NCBI GenBank assembly: GCA_964247055.1
Contig: OZ176051.1
Span: forward strand, 3,968,001 to 4,032,000
Direction of reading: 5' to 3'
Length of the DNA: 64,000 bases
Source of the DNA: Paragordius varius
Lineage: Eukaryota; Animalia; Nematomorpha
In this document: in pieces, positions 13,534-27,900 of the stretch
Numbering within the stretch: position 1 is the stretch's first letter
How the letters are laid out: every line of letters begins with the position of its first letter
Position numbers and translations under genes: made by a program
Notes under the pieces: model-generated
Database searches by the model: none
What the model was told of the DNA's origin: nothing
What the model saw: the letters and a program-made list of their open reading frames with translations, nothing else

Positions 13534-13833
13534 ATGAATAAAAATATTGTTGACGACAAAAATTTGATGGCCAGTTTGGAAATTGAAATGATATCGCATA
13601 TGTATCACAAGTAACACCTACTCTTTTATAATAGAATGTCGGACGCATGTATGTCAAAATATATATTGAAATGACAAAGAAGGTGAATCGATTAAAGGGG
13701 AATCATTGTGTACTGATCGATCTAAAAAATATGGATATTCATGAAATGATTGGCAAAAAACTTACGGATATGTCAATGAAAGATCAAGAAATGATGCAAA
13801 AATGCAAGAAGTTGTTAAATGTTAAAATACAAA
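13534..13833 (+). pseudogene. TIMM10: Mitochondrial import chaperone TIM10 pseudogene, unprocessed
   Basis: Exon 13534-13610 MNKNIVDDKNLMASLEIEMISHMYH(K); 24-nt intron 13611-13634; then MSDACMSKY, frameshift, KEGESIKGESLCTDRSKK, frameshift, MDIHEMIGKKLTDMSMKDQEMMQK. Matches Tim10 (AELEVEMMADMYNRMTSAC...[34 protein letters not shown]). The second Cys of both CX3C motifs is lost. Confidence 0.85.
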
Positions 13834-15759
13834 AAATAATTTTTATAAAACCATTTACTATTATTTTAATATTAATTGTTGGATTTTCAATGAAATTTAT
13901 AAAAAAAATTTATGTACAATTGCATTTAGTAAGCTTGTTAACGAAAGGACAATTTATTTAAAAAATTTCATGTATGAAATTGATTTGAAGAAATTGTGTT
14001 TTTTCCTTTGAAATCCATTGACTTAAATTTATAAACAAATAAACACATTTTTAAATTTGCTAGATATTTCACAGTGCGTATCAAAATTAAACATTTATGA
14101 TCATGTATTTTGATGAGTTAAAGCATTCAAAAAATGAATATCAAAATGGTAAATGTGCGGCAAAACATAAAAATAATTGTATCAATTTTTCCGCTCTTAG
14201 CCAAAATTAAATAATGGCATTGATATTACACGTTAGATATTTGATTGTTGATATATGGCAACATATTCACCCTAATCGCATATTTCATCTAAAGTCGAAA
14301 ATCGGACTTTGCGTCAAATTTGATTGAAACTGCGATTGTGTGGATAAAAGGCCTACGGGATGTACATTTATTTTTGAATAAAAAATTTCACCAACTTAAC
14401 ATATTTCGAAAAATATTGAAAAATACAATCATTTGGCCTTTATTAATGCAATATTGTTAAATAATTTATAATAAGTTTTTTATTTACATTTTTGTCACAG
14501 TGTTATTATTATTTTAAGAAGCAATAACTAACTTTAACTGCATAGAGTTCCATTAAATTTTTCTTTAAAAATTTTAATGATACCCATATATTTAAAACAA
14601 AACCTCTATAAATTATATGAAATTAACGCTTAGGTCATGCTACCATTGCAAATTGTAAAATCTGTTGCATTAGTTTTTTTCTTTAAAGACATCCAAATTT
14701 TTTAGAGAGATGCCGAATTAATATTTAAGGTGTAAATATTTAGTTTATGGTACATTTTTTAACTCAAGTTTAAAATATAGTATGGTTAATACGACCTTCA
14801 TATGCCTCCATTTCTGAGGGTAAATATTATACAGTAACAATTGAAATTATACAGACGAAATATAAAAATAAAGACAATTTTTAAGGTTTAAAAAAGCATA
14901 GGTTGTCTTTACATTTTTACGTTTTGTCCGCAATAATTTCACTTTTTCCTGTATATAACCACATCTTTTTTTGAGTTAAATATTAATCCTTCATTTTTTT
15001 CTTTTAATAATATAATATGATGTCATTCGCATAAGACAATGATTTTAAAAAATAATCAAAATTAAAAGGTTTGTGGGGATAATTCCAAATTCAAGAATTA
15101 TTATGTGTTAAATGATACTTGTAAAATCACGAATGATACCATGAGCTAATTATTTTTGGGAGGCTGACTAATTAATTAGGGTACTATATATGTTTTTTTT
15201 GAAAATTAAGCAGGTCTCTAAGAAAAATGGTTAAATTTTTTTATATATATTGTTTGAATAATGTGCTTTTGATAAGTCTATATTCCAGCTCGTTAACTTG
15301 TTTACGAAAAAAAAAGCTTAGTGGCAGTTTATCTAGACAATTAACATGTTGCAAACCCTTACTTAAAATAATTCAGAAAATGGATGGATATGTAGAGGGT
15401 CAAAATTTTTGTTATTTATATGATAGATTTTATCAAAAATATAGAATAGCATTTATAAAGGAGGTTACTAACATATTACTAATTAGATATAGTTCTAAAA
15501 TAATATCAATTTTTTTATTGTTTTTATATCTATTTTATGAAATAAAAATCAAATATTTTTATATATAGGATATAAAAAGCAATCAAAAATGGTATAATAA
15601 GGTAAATATACAGCTTTTGTTTGTTTTAGTACCGATTTCATGAATATCATCCGAATGTATAAAAAATTTTAGATTTTGTTTTGTAAACCGTGGAGATATT
15701 ATGAGTTTTCACATTTTTTTTTAATTTTCGTATTGATTGAGTAATATAAAGGCGTATAT

Positions 15760-18700
15760 ATGAAAACGTACATTTTATGTCTCTGCCTACTACAATTTTT
15801 TTTCCTTATATTACTATGGCAATTCCGTTTCTCAACTATAAAACCTTATTTTTTCCCCTTATATTTAAAGTATTTTTCTCCATATTTTGTCGGAAATCAA
15901 ACATTGTACGCTGAATACATTGATGTTGAGGGAAAAAATTTGATCAACATATGTGGCAATGATAATTTCACATACCCAAAATCTATATATTGGCGTAATT
16001 TGACAAATGTCGCTACATTCTTCCGCCTCAAATCATTATACAATTTTGATGTTGAACTATGTTTGAATCGAAAAAAACCCTTAAAATTTAATTTTATCAG
16101 ACTCAGTGATTGTATCCTCTATTTTGAGATACAAAATTTGACCCGATTTCAGGCCCTCTATGCTCATAATGTGAAACTACCTTTCAATGCCAGTTATCAA
16201 ACAATAGTCCAATTACACATACCCAAAACTGGTGGGACCTTTCTAAATAAATTGCTAACACACAGTGTCCTAATTCATCCCTGCTCTTGTATCGATATAG
16301 AATCTAATAAAAGATGTGTTTGCCCAAGGAATCTCAATATTAGCAATTATGATGGAAACAATATCCTTAATGATAGTGTAGAATTTCACACGATGTTCTT
16401 TAACAAAAGTTCAAATTGGTTATATAGTCGATTCACTTACCGTTGGTTTTTTTGTGGCTTACATGCCAATTATTATCAGCTTAAAAAATGTATGGATACA
16501 TTAGCTCACGATATTTTAAATTACCCCTTTCATAGGCCAAAATATGTTGCGAACAAGTACTTGAAACTTCGTTTTTTACATTATGACAATATCTGGCCAA
16601 AGAAACCGTTCGATAATTATAAGTAAAATTTTGCTAAGTATTGATTGCAATTATAACTAAATATAAGAACAAAGCATAAAAAGTACTTTAACGATTTTAA
16701 TCGTTTTTTTCGTATACTCTTTTGCTGGCCAATTGGTAAAACAGTGGTGTATGGTTTAAAACAAGATTCCTCCAAAACTATATAATGAAATTTAGTTCGT
16801 AAGATATAGAAATAATGTTAATTATAACCAATTGTTTTTTCACCCGTATTTCCAATTAGCCAAAAAATATGTGTTATTGTTTAAAAAATATATCAATTTT
16901 ATTAATTATCATATTTTAAGCATAGTTTAATTATTAGTTGCATCATATAAGATGTTGTATCCAATAAATTTTAGATGTTTGACATTAAATAATATATTTA
17001 CACAGACAAAACGTAAAAAAATAAAGACAACTATTATTATGAACAACCATAATTAAATCTTGATTTTTAAATTTAAATCATTCTGAAAAATTCCAATGAA
17101 TGAAGAGATGTATATTGGTAACACATTCTCATTTACATTTTACTTTTAAATAATTTATGTAGGATTAATGAAGATTGTGTGTTTTTTGAAAAAATGATTA
17201 GTATTTATATTTTGTATAATTAATTTTTTGATGTACTTCTTGTGGTTTCTTATGTGTGTGTCTAGACTTTTTAATTGTGACTTATATGGCCTCAGGCCCC
17301 CAATTTTATTTTGCAAAATTATATAATTATTTTGGTTAGAGAAGCGCCAGATTTCGTTATTTATACAGTCAAAATTGAAATTATACGGACAAAACGTGAA
17401 AATATAAAGACAAATATTTTTTTCTATAAGACAACCATACTTTTTAAAACCTTGTTTCCCATATAACTACTTAGTACAATTGTAAAATATAGAATTGATT
17501 GTGTTAGTATTATATATCTCTATTTCACACTTTGCCATTCATTCAAAACAATAAGTTATATTGAATCAATCAAGATTTAAAAAAGTATGGTTGTCTCTTA
17601 AAAAAAAATATTTGTCTTTATATTTTTACTTTTTGTCCGTATAATTTCAGTTTTTACTGTAAATAGCTCAAAGATTATTTACAGTATGCACATTTATACT
17701 GGCTTATTCACATTAACTGGCAAAACAGTAGTGTATGGAACTAAGTGTTAAAATTAAACAAATATTGCCTATCTTACATTACTTTATTTATTTAAAAAAA
17801 ATTATTTAAAAGCAAAGTATAACAAAACACGATAAAAACAAAGTAGTTTTGAACCAAAATGGAGTTTCATTATCAATAAAAAATTTAAATATTAAGCATT
17901 AATTTAGTATGTGATAAGAGAAAATTTCTTAAGATAGCTTATAACCAGCGAATTCATTTGCCGCAAAATTTTTATTTATTTACGACTTAGTTTTTATTTG
18001 AGTGAAAAAATCGGGCAAAAAATGTAAATTAAGGATAATTAAAAAAAAATAATGATAAACTTGAGATATAAAAGATTTATTATCGTTTTATCAATATAAT
18101 TTATAAAAACCAATCATATAGTGGGGCTCTTACCGTGTTTTTTCTTTAACATAAATATACAAAAAATTTCTTATGACATTATAATTAAATATTTTTATTA
18201 ACTAGCTTAAACTACTATTAAAATCTTAACATTGATATTTTAGACACTAAAAAAACTTATCTATCTAAATCTAAAAACTAAATCTAAAAAAATTTTTTTT
18301 TTATTTTTTCATTTTTTATCATCGGGTTTATGAATGTATAATGAAATTACTGTTTTATTTTGGATCTACATGAACGGGAAATATAAAGTATATATTTATA
18401 AAAAAGGATTTAAAAGTAATGGAATACCAACCAAAAATCTCAAATCCATTTAACGTGTTTGTTATAACACAAATTAATATTTTTAATGGGATTTGTATGA
18501 ACTGTTAGTTGATATTCCACTACTAAATACTATTTGGTATTTATATACTTTTTAATTCCCGCTCATGTAAGATTTCAAAATCAAACAGCAAATTTGTAAT
18601 ACACTCATAAACCAGATGACAAAAAAATATAATAATAAAAAACACTATTTCTATATTTTATTTTGATATATAAGTTTTACTGAATAAAATATGAACGTAA

Positions 18701-21700
18701 AGATTATAATATTGAGTTTAGTATTAATTAATGAATAATTTAAATATGGTTTTATTAGATATTTTAAGAATGTTAAAGAAAAAATACGTTTTTTGATCTG
18801 ATTTTTTATAAAAGCCTTAACTGTATGATAGGCTATTCATTAATTGTAAATACTGACAAAAAGATATTAAATGTTAATATCTCAAGTCTTATCATTATTT
18901 TTTTAATTATCCTTAATTTTCACTTTTTGCCCAATTTTAATTTTATCCGAGTATTATCGAAACTAGGTCGTCAACAAATAAAAATTTTAGCGGCAAATGA
19001 ATTCGCTGATTATAAGCTATCTCATGAAAGATATTAAATTTTTTTGACACTGTGTAACACACGCTACTATATTACAAATTGACCAACAGTAAATGTGTCT
19101 ACTCTAATTTACATGTCTGTTGCAATAAATTTATATGTTTAAAATACATATTTGCAGTAAAAATTAATAGAACATCATGTTCAAAATAATTTTAACTTCA
19201 AACGCATTTAAATAACAACATAGTATTTATGATAACGGTTAAATTTAAAAATAAAATTTTTTTTCAATCAATCTTAATTGCTGAGAATTTTATTAAATAG
19301 AAATATATCTAAATAAAAAATAGATTTAAATGGTGATGTGTAGGGGATATTTAAAAAATGAGGAGAACACAATCCCTTAAATCAGAAACTGTTACAATTA
19401 TTTATTTATATTAAAATTTACACTTTGTGCCTGAGTTCGAACCCCGAAACTACGCAATTTTTCCATCATCATCAGCCCTGGGCAGGCAAGCGGGAAAGCC
19501 TTCACAAGTCCGGATACAATTTAAGTCCTTACCCTTTAATAAAAAAGGAAATAAGAGACTATAAACTGTATATTTTTATTAAAATTAAAATTTTATATAT
19601 AACAATTTAACCGGATTAATTAAATTTTTAAATATAGACTGCTTCTGAAATCGGGGGTTATAAAAAATATCCTGATATATATCAGGAGCATCATGGTGTT
19701 TTTGATTATGGCCCTCACCAGTGATTTATGAAAGTTATTTAAACTTTTGTAACTGCTGAATATCAAATGGCAAAATTTGCATTTAATAAATTTTTTGAAA
19801 GCTAATTATTAAATTTAGCAATAAAATTTTGCTGAAACGTACTTCTTACTATTTTGAAGCATTATGGAAACGCTAAAATGCGTTAAGATATTACATTTTT
19901 TATATGTTTAACACAAATTAATATTTGTAGTGGAATATCTCCGGATTTTGGTTGATTTTTTCTTCTACTTAATCCTATTTTGTATAAATTATATACTTTA
20001 TAATTCCGACTCATGTAAGATTCGAAAATAAAACAGTGTAAATTTTTTATACAGTCATAAACCAGATGACAAAAAATGAAATAAAAAACAATATTTTTTA
20101 GTTTTATTTTGCTTTTTAAGTTTTTTTACTGAATAAAATATGAATGATAAGATTTTAATAGTGAGTATAGCTAGTAAATAATTAAAAAAAATTATTTTAA
20201 TATTTTAAAATTTTTTTTTGTCTTTTAAGGGTGTCAAAAGAAAAACGCCACCTTTTGAACTGAGATTTTATAGAAACCTTAACTATATGATTTTAGGCTA
20301 TTTATATATTAAAATATCTCCTAAAATAATAAAAAACCATAATTTCTCAACTTTTATCAATAATTTCTAAATTTATCTTAATTATCCTTAATTTTTTTTG
20401 CTCGATTTTGATTTTCTCTCAATTAAAAACGGTCGTAAACAAATAAAATTTTCTAGGGAAAATGAATAGACTGGTCATAAGCTATCTCATAAAAAACAAC
20501 TTTTTGGTTACAAAATAAACCATTTTTTTTGCACATAGTATATATACTTGATATTTCTGAACATTTCTACCTCAGAATTTTGATTTAAGCTTCGTTTGCT
20601 TTGAAAATGGTTTATTGTAAAAAAACAATTTATATTAAACCTAATTTTGAAAACGTAATATTTAAATGAAAATTCGTGAGAGAATAGCGGTTTCCATCAG
20701 GCCTCAAAATTATAGGAAGTACGGACAGAATTTTACAAAAAAGAAAGAATTCATTTTTTAATAAAAAGTGTATAACAATTTAAAATTTTTCGTGCAACCT
20801 CGGAATTTTCACTTTTATTTAAAGAGACCATTTAGAACGGGTCCAAAAATTTGAGACTTTCAGAGCCCACATCTAATCAAAATTTTATAAAAATATTGTT
20901 TTGCCTTTTGTACTTTATAATAAATTTCATTAATATTTTAATGCATTTCACTTTCACAAAAAAAATTTATTTCTGCGGAAATTTTGCCTTTTCTGATATG
21001 GAGCAGCTACCACAAAAAAGTAAATAACTTCTGAGGGCCAAAACCAAAATGACTATGATAATCCTAATACCCTATCAAAATATATATTTCATCCAGATAT
21101 ATATTTTTTGCGGACGTGTGTAATATATAATAGAAAATGTTTTGCATTTATAATTATCAAAATTATCGAATTCTAAAAAAACTAAATATAAATAATGTGA
21201 TATACAAAATAAAATTGCTAACATCTTGTACCATTTTACCAAGAGTATCCCTGAACATTTCAATTTAGTTCTTCTTTAAGTTGATCGTTATTTCAAGTTA
21301 GTCCATAAATTTAATCAACCTAATTTCATGTATTCTTTTATTATATTTTTCTAACCTATTAACACTTTATTCAAAAACCACTTATTTTGTTTCGAACTAT
21401 TATATGAATGTTTTTTTACCAAAAAATTGATATAAATAACCCAGAAAAGTTATATATTTATTAATATTCAAATATTTTTTCAAAAATTAATAAATATATA
21501 CGGTTTCTGGATGATATAGTTGATATTGATTTTAAAGGTTAAATTATATAAAGGCAATAGGTCAAAAAATGAGAAAATAGATGACTGATACAGCATTGGG
21601 AAATAAAAGTTAAAGGACCAACTTCAAGTGTACAAGGGCCAACTTGAAATGTCCAAAGACAAAGAAGAATGTTCTAGGATACTCTTCAGCTAATGGTATA

Positions 21701-23202
21701 TTTCATTGCTAACAGGGCTATTGTCTTTTTTCTACACAACTTCAATTTTATATGTAACCAATGAATATGTTATATCCCCCTGGCAAAAGATATGTATATT
21801 ACCTTTTGAGCCATTAAAACTTAAATGGCCAATAAAACAAAATGTTCATTTATGCGGGCTTATTTACATTATTGTAAATCGATTTGAAAGACAGTAGCGT
21901 GTGTTATAAAATAAATTTTGTCCAAAAATAAATAAAAAAATTAGATTTAACAACATTTTGTTGTTTTTTTCATACACTAAGGTGTTACCAAATCAAATAT
22001 AACGTTATTAAGCCGGTATAAAAGTGCCTTTAGGTCTGGATATCTATATTTGGTGAATAGTTGTGTTACTACGTTCGGGTCGACTTTTTACAATAAATTC
22101 AACGAATTGCGGTTTTCAGTTAGTATAGTGTCTGATTGATATCCTTGGAGATATTCCCATTCTTAATTGACCTCTTTTACATGTACCGCTAACCTTTCCT
22201 AAAATTGAGGTGTCCAGTGTGTTAGTTTTGTGCGGATTGACTTTGCCGATTCAGGATCGATTTTGTTTGGAATTTCGTTTTTGTAATACATTTTGTTTCA
22301 GGAAGTTTTCTCCCAACCCATGGTTAAGATTTTTTCAGGTCTATTTTTCGCCATAAAGTTAAATAATTGTATTGACAGGTCGATTTTATAAAAAAAAACA
22401 AACATCATACAGAAAATACCTGTAATTAATTGTGTGGCTTTTTTGGCTACCATTTCTGCTTTTGATCCCGGGTCTGCACTTATTATAGTTCCTTATTAAC
22501 TTCTGACATATCTGTGATTATTAACTATTTGTCAACATAAATATTTATGATTCAATAAAATATTTTTAGTCAACAATTTGTAACATTATTCCGAGACCCA
22601 ATCCAAAGGTTTTACAGTGAATATAATCAAGGTTTATCGGGTAATCCATTTCCTTTGATTGAAGTCGCCTGTCCAAACAAGACAAAAATAGTTCTTTCAG
22701 TCTGTAAGGATATCAATAATTTAACCGTTCCCCAATATATAGCCTGTTCCAAATATTCTTCGAACCGGCAAACACACCACATGTCAAATTTGGCTCAATT
22801 TGTTTGCAACAAGTTATATACTTTGAAATTTAATTTTCATATTAAGTACCTTTGATTTATATTGAGTATAAATGATTTAAATTGTGTTTATTAACTAGTT
22901 CAACATTTATGTCGGTGCAAGATGAACAATTTCTGTTATTAGAAAGTGCAAAAATAAATCTTCTACTTGGGATCCGCAGTTTTGGGCTGCTTGAATTTTT
23001 AAGTGAATCAATCAAACTTATAAACTCTCAGCTTGGAATACAAATAGTCCCAAAAGATATCCATTCCAAACCCAAATACGATATACCACCCAAAATAGTC
23101 GATGAAATATGCAAGGGCAATTGTTTGGACCTTGAATTTTATGATTTTGCAAAAAAGCTTTTTTGGTATCGTTATAGAGCGTTTTATATCCATCTTAAAT
23201 AA
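15760..23202 (+). CDS. HS6ST: Heparan-sulfate 6-O-sulfotransferase-like protein, about 469 aa, 3 exons
   Basis: Exons 15760-16622, 22570-22812 (alternative donor 22845), 22899-23202, phase-compatible. N-terminal hydrophobic anchor; 5'-PSB HIPKTGGT; WLYSRF..W..CGLHA; 3'-PB FVTLFRDPIQRFYSEY; SNRQTHHMSNL; LLLESAKINL..IRSFGLLEF; LDLEFYDFAKKLFWYRY. Confidence 0.9.
17366..17659. mobile_element. 294-bp Tc1/mariner-type MITE with about 90-bp TIRs and TA TSD; eroded copies near 14831-14935, 16995-17090, 53720-53970
   Basis: TA|cagtcaaaattgaaattatacggacaaaa...ttttgtccgtataatttcagtttttactg|TA. Confidence 0.85.
17920..19055. mobile_element. About 1.1-kb near-fully palindromic element, family D; half copies near 19930-20530 and 24590-24845
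   Basis: agatagcttataaccagcgaattcatttgccgcaaaattt is inverted at aaattttagcggcaaatgaattcgctgattataagctatct; inner arms 18320-18430 and 18505-18625 also pair. Confidence 0.7.
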
Positions 23203-23488
23203 TCCTGTTAATAAATATACAATGCATGCAAACTCCAGCATAATAAAATTATAATTTTATGCAATAAATGTATAGTTAACAAGACCAAAGTTTGTTTTCA
23301 GGCTTGTTGTCACAAAAAGAGACTCCACATAATATAGCATAATAATGTTTTTAAAATAGGAACGGTTTTAATTTTCATCATATATATGAAAAGGCGAGAT
23401 TTTTATTGGTAACGCGTTATCCATTTGCAATGAATTAAGGCTTATTTTATTGAGGGTTATAAAAAAATAACTTGATGAAATGTGTGTA

Positions 23489-24566
23489 TTTGATAGAAAA
23501 ATGTATCGAGATTATTATGGTGCTTTTGGTTTCGGGCGTTACGAGTGATTTAATATAACTTTTGTGGTAAGTGCTCCATACCAGAAAATGGCAAATTGCA
23601 CATTTTTTAAAATAAATCTTTTTTAGTGAAAGCTAGAGGCTTCATTCCAAAAAATATTATTTAAATATATCTGGAACTACGTATAAAAAGCAACACATAT
23701 TATCAAAAAATTTTATTTAGATGTGGGAGCCGAACGTCCCAAAATTTTAGCTCTTTTAAAATGAAAATGCCGGTGTGCGATAAATAATATATGAAATTTA
23801 TTATCAACTTAAAATATTATAAAATGCATATTTTTAGCAAAATATTTAGGTTATGATGGAAACGGTCAAAAAACGCTTTAAGATATTATAAAAACACTTT
23901 TTCTATTCGATGATGCTAAACTCTATCACTTCAGAATATTGATTTAGATGTTTATTCAACTTCAAATTTATATTAAAACGTTGTGTTTTGTAGGAAAAAT
24001 TCACCATAAGCAAACAAGCATTTGTATTAGAATTTCAAAGCGATAAAAATGTTTGTTATATCAAATTATATAGTGAAAATGTTTTTATATTATAAAGCGG
24101 TTTGTAACCGTTTCAATCATGACTTACAATAGTATAAAGTACGCTTTAACAAAATTTTGCTCAAAATAAGATTCTTAAAAAATGGATTTTTTATATAATA
24201 TTTTTAGTTGACATCAAAATTTAGCATATATATCAAATCTTTGCGCAATCCCGACATTTTTATATTTATTTTAAGAGAACTAGCTCATTTTAAAAGGACA
24301 AAACATTTGGGGATTTTCAGAGCCCATATATAAAAATTAAATTTTTTTGAAAATATTGTCTTGCTTTTTATATGTATGTTGATATATTTTAGTGATATTT
24401 TTTGGATGAAGCATTTTACTTTACTAAAAAAATTTTATACTGCGCAAATTTTGCCATTTTATGATTTAGAGGACCTACCATAAAAGTGTAAATAATTTTC
24501 TTAAATTACTCATAAGGATCAAAACCAAAAGCTCCATGATAATCCAGATACATTTTCTTATCAGAA
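23489..24566. mobile_element. Family C TIR element, second complete copy; partial copies 12172-12300 and about 20520-21075
   Basis: tttgatagaaaaatgtatcgagattattatggtgcttttgg...ccaaaagctccatgataatccagatacattttcttatcagaa followed by tatatata; internal sequence collinear with 7493-8500. Confidence 0.7.
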
Positions 24567-24928
24567 TATATATATATTTCATCAGGTTTTAAAGCGATTT
24601 TTTTATCTGAGTTTATAACCCTAACTATATGATTTAGGTTATAAATTGTATCTATCTGCTAAAATAATAATAAACCATAATATCTCAAGTTTTATCATTA
24701 TATTTTTTTATCTTAAATTGACTTTTGCCCAATTTTGATTTTCTCTCAATATTTCAAAAACAAGATTTAACAAATTATAAAATTTTTGAGGCAAATTTGG
24801 TCATAAGCTATCTCATAAAAAAATTTAAATTTTTTTTGGACACATCGCATTATTATTAGTTTTAGATGTGAAATTAATAATTTTTCAATACATTAAAAAG
24901 TTATTATAGTTTATATCGGTTATAAAAA

Positions 24929-27900
24929 TTGTTTACAGCTCCTCACGCTAGCATTGCCAATTTATTTATAGAAAAATACAATGATAATAATAAATTTGAA
25001 GATTACCTCGAGTTTATTAGCAACGTACTTGAGGCAAAGGATATTCCGGTAACCGAAAAAACGCTTAAATCAACTCTACTAGCATATGGCGGATTCATGA
25101 TAGTAAGAAAGATTAACCAACGCCTATAGCCCAAGAAAATAAAAGACGCCACGTGGGCGGAAATTACGGAAACGGGAAAAAAATATTGAACCCGACAAAA
25201 TCGAAATTCCAAAGCCGGTTTGAATTTTATATGCTGGTACGCAACGATGGTGAAGGTACACGCAATTCCTTGAACGTGTCAAGGTAGGAGCAGAAGAAGC
25301 TCCAATTCACTGAAGCCATAAAACAACGTCGTGATGCAATCGTAATAGGACTGCGACAACCTCAACTAGAGATGGATATCCATTCCAGGTATCCAGATGC
25401 TTTGATAAACGGTATTCCTGTCCCATTAGAAACAATCGTAGATCTCGCACTAGCACATGAGGCTGCTAGGGCTGGATTACAGAATAACAATAATAGTAAT
25501 GACAATAGCAATTGATATAGTAATAGCAATAATATAATATCAATCGGTTACAACATAATAAATCCAACCGACAAACAATAATAAAATCTTCTACTACATG
25601 TAAACGTTGCGGCACCACACACCCACCCAACAAGTGTCGAGCCTGGATACGATCCTGCAACAAATGCGGAAAGCTGAACCATTTTGCTAGGATGTGTGTG
25701 GCCAAGAGACAAAGACCTAACTTTAATAGGCAATTATTGAAGGAATTCAAGGTAGGTCGTAATGCGCAAATACTAACATTAGTGATAAACGGTTTAAAAA
25801 AAGGCTTTATCTATGATACCGGTTCGGATATTAGTGTAATAAACTTTACAACGTGGGAGCAAATTGGTAAACCCAAACTTCGACCGACGCCTCCGGTAAA
25901 ATCATACAACAACACCACGGTTCCAATGATAGGGATGACAAGCGTTAACGTTGAGATAAAGGGCAAACGATTGATGGGGGACTTATGTGTCCTGAGCAAA
26001 ACGATGGGGATGGCACCCCTGATCTGTGGACTGGACTGGATGGCTAAATTCCAGATTGAGATGCCACAGGTCAAAATTAATTATCCTTAATTAAATAAGA
26101 TTTGTAAAAAATTTAAAAACTTATTCGAAAATAAGTTAGGGTGTGATAAAGACCCTGTAAAAATTCGCATTGTAGCGGCGATCCCGAAAGTATGGCCATG
26201 TCGCAGGGTGCCTTTTCCATTAAGAGATTAGAAAGAGCTGACGAGGCTAGAAAGGCATCTTAGAACCGGTTGATCCTAACATTACACCTGTGACATGGGC
26301 CACGCCTACGGTTAATGTACTTAAACCGAATGGCGAATTAATATGTAGTGATTTTCGGGTAACGATTAATAAGTGGTTGCAAGAAGACTCTCATATAATC
26401 CCCACGTTTGATGAGTTGGTGTCAAAAATAGGCGAAGGTATCACATTCACAAAAATTGATTTAAAAGATGCTTATCTCCAAATGCCAGTGGCAGAGGAGT
26501 GTCAAGAATTGTTAACAATATCAACACATAAAGGTTTTTTCAGATACAAACGCATGCCGTTTGGACTGGCCACGGCACCTATCATCTTCCAAAGAGTGAT
26601 GGAACAAGTGCTGGCTGAAAGTCCGGGAACTTGCGTATATTTAGATGACGTCCTAGTGACTGGTAGGACGGAAAATGAGCACATTAACAATTTAAAGAAC
26701 GTATTAAGTCGTCTCGATAAGGCCGGATTTAAATTAAGACAAGATAAAATAATGATAGGTGCTGAATCAGTAAACTATTTAGGTTTTGAAATATCAAAAA
26801 AGCATATAAGCCCATGTGAAAGCAAAATCAAAATTAAGGAACTAAAAAGGCCGGTAGATAAAAATTCATTACGTAGTTTTTTAGGTGTTTTGACGTTTCA
26901 TGAACCCTTTATACCAAAATTACAAATAATAGTCGGTCCCTTACATGAATTAACTAGTAAAAGTACGAGATGGACTTGGACCGAGAAACATGAGAAAAGC
27001 TGGTTAGCAGCCAAGAATTTGTTAAGCGAAACGGTGTTTTTAACACCATATAATCCGAATAGGAAATTGATAATAGAAACTAATGCGTCAGATTTGGGAT
27101 TCGGGTGTATTTTAAGTCATGAAGTTAATAGTGAAAGAATATCAATAGCGTATGCCTCACAATGTGTAGCAACGCCGAAAGGAATTTTTCCACTATCGAG
27201 AAGGAATCAAAAGCAATATTGTTTGCGTTAAGAAAGTATAGTTTCGTATATGGTAGAAAATTTTTAATATTAACTGACCATTTACCCATAATAAAGTTAG
27301 TAAATAGAGATCGAAATTTAAAAGAAATACATAATGCTAAAGCACTAAGATGGATTAATATATAAATGATAAGTCATCAAAAGGGGGCTCAAAATAGAGC
27401 TGATTATTTATCGAGATGGCCGATTGTCGAGATCGTTGCCTATGATGAAGATTATGCGGTTACCAGATATCTGAGATTTTTAAATTGCCATAACGTGCGG
27501 TTAAGCAGAGATGAAATTCAAAAAGAAACCGCATTAGATCCAGTATTACAAAAAGTAATTAAAGCGTTAAACAACCTTGACTGGAGTTCTCCAGAATTAG
27601 AAAAGCTTGTAAACCGTAAAGACGAGTTGGCATATCAATATGGCTTATTAAGTTTAAATGATCGTATTATAATTCCGAAGCCTCCAAAAAGAGGTCGTGA
27701 GATACCTACACAGCGGTCATAACAACGTAGAGACCATGAAAGGCCAGATTTAAGTGTTATTGGCCAGAATTAGAAAATGACCTGGTAAAAGCCAGTAGTC
27801 AATGCGAATCGTGCCAACGTAGTAGGCCGAATGTTACTCAGAATTTCACATATCAGTGGGATCATAATTTTGCTGTGTAGCATTTGCATATTGATATAGC

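Noticed and set aside
13647-13961. 104-aa ORF as an independent gene
   Set aside because: Its middle is the last segment of the TIM10 pseudogene; the rest is out-of-frame or AT-rich read-through.
15227-15568. 113-aa ORF upstream of HS6ST
   Set aside because: Ile/Phe/Lys/Tyr bias typical of chance ORFs in AT-rich DNA; no motif.
19425-19500. Possible tRNA or SINE (gagttcgaacccc resembles a B box)
   Set aside because: No A box or cloverleaf stems found, and no second copy in the window.
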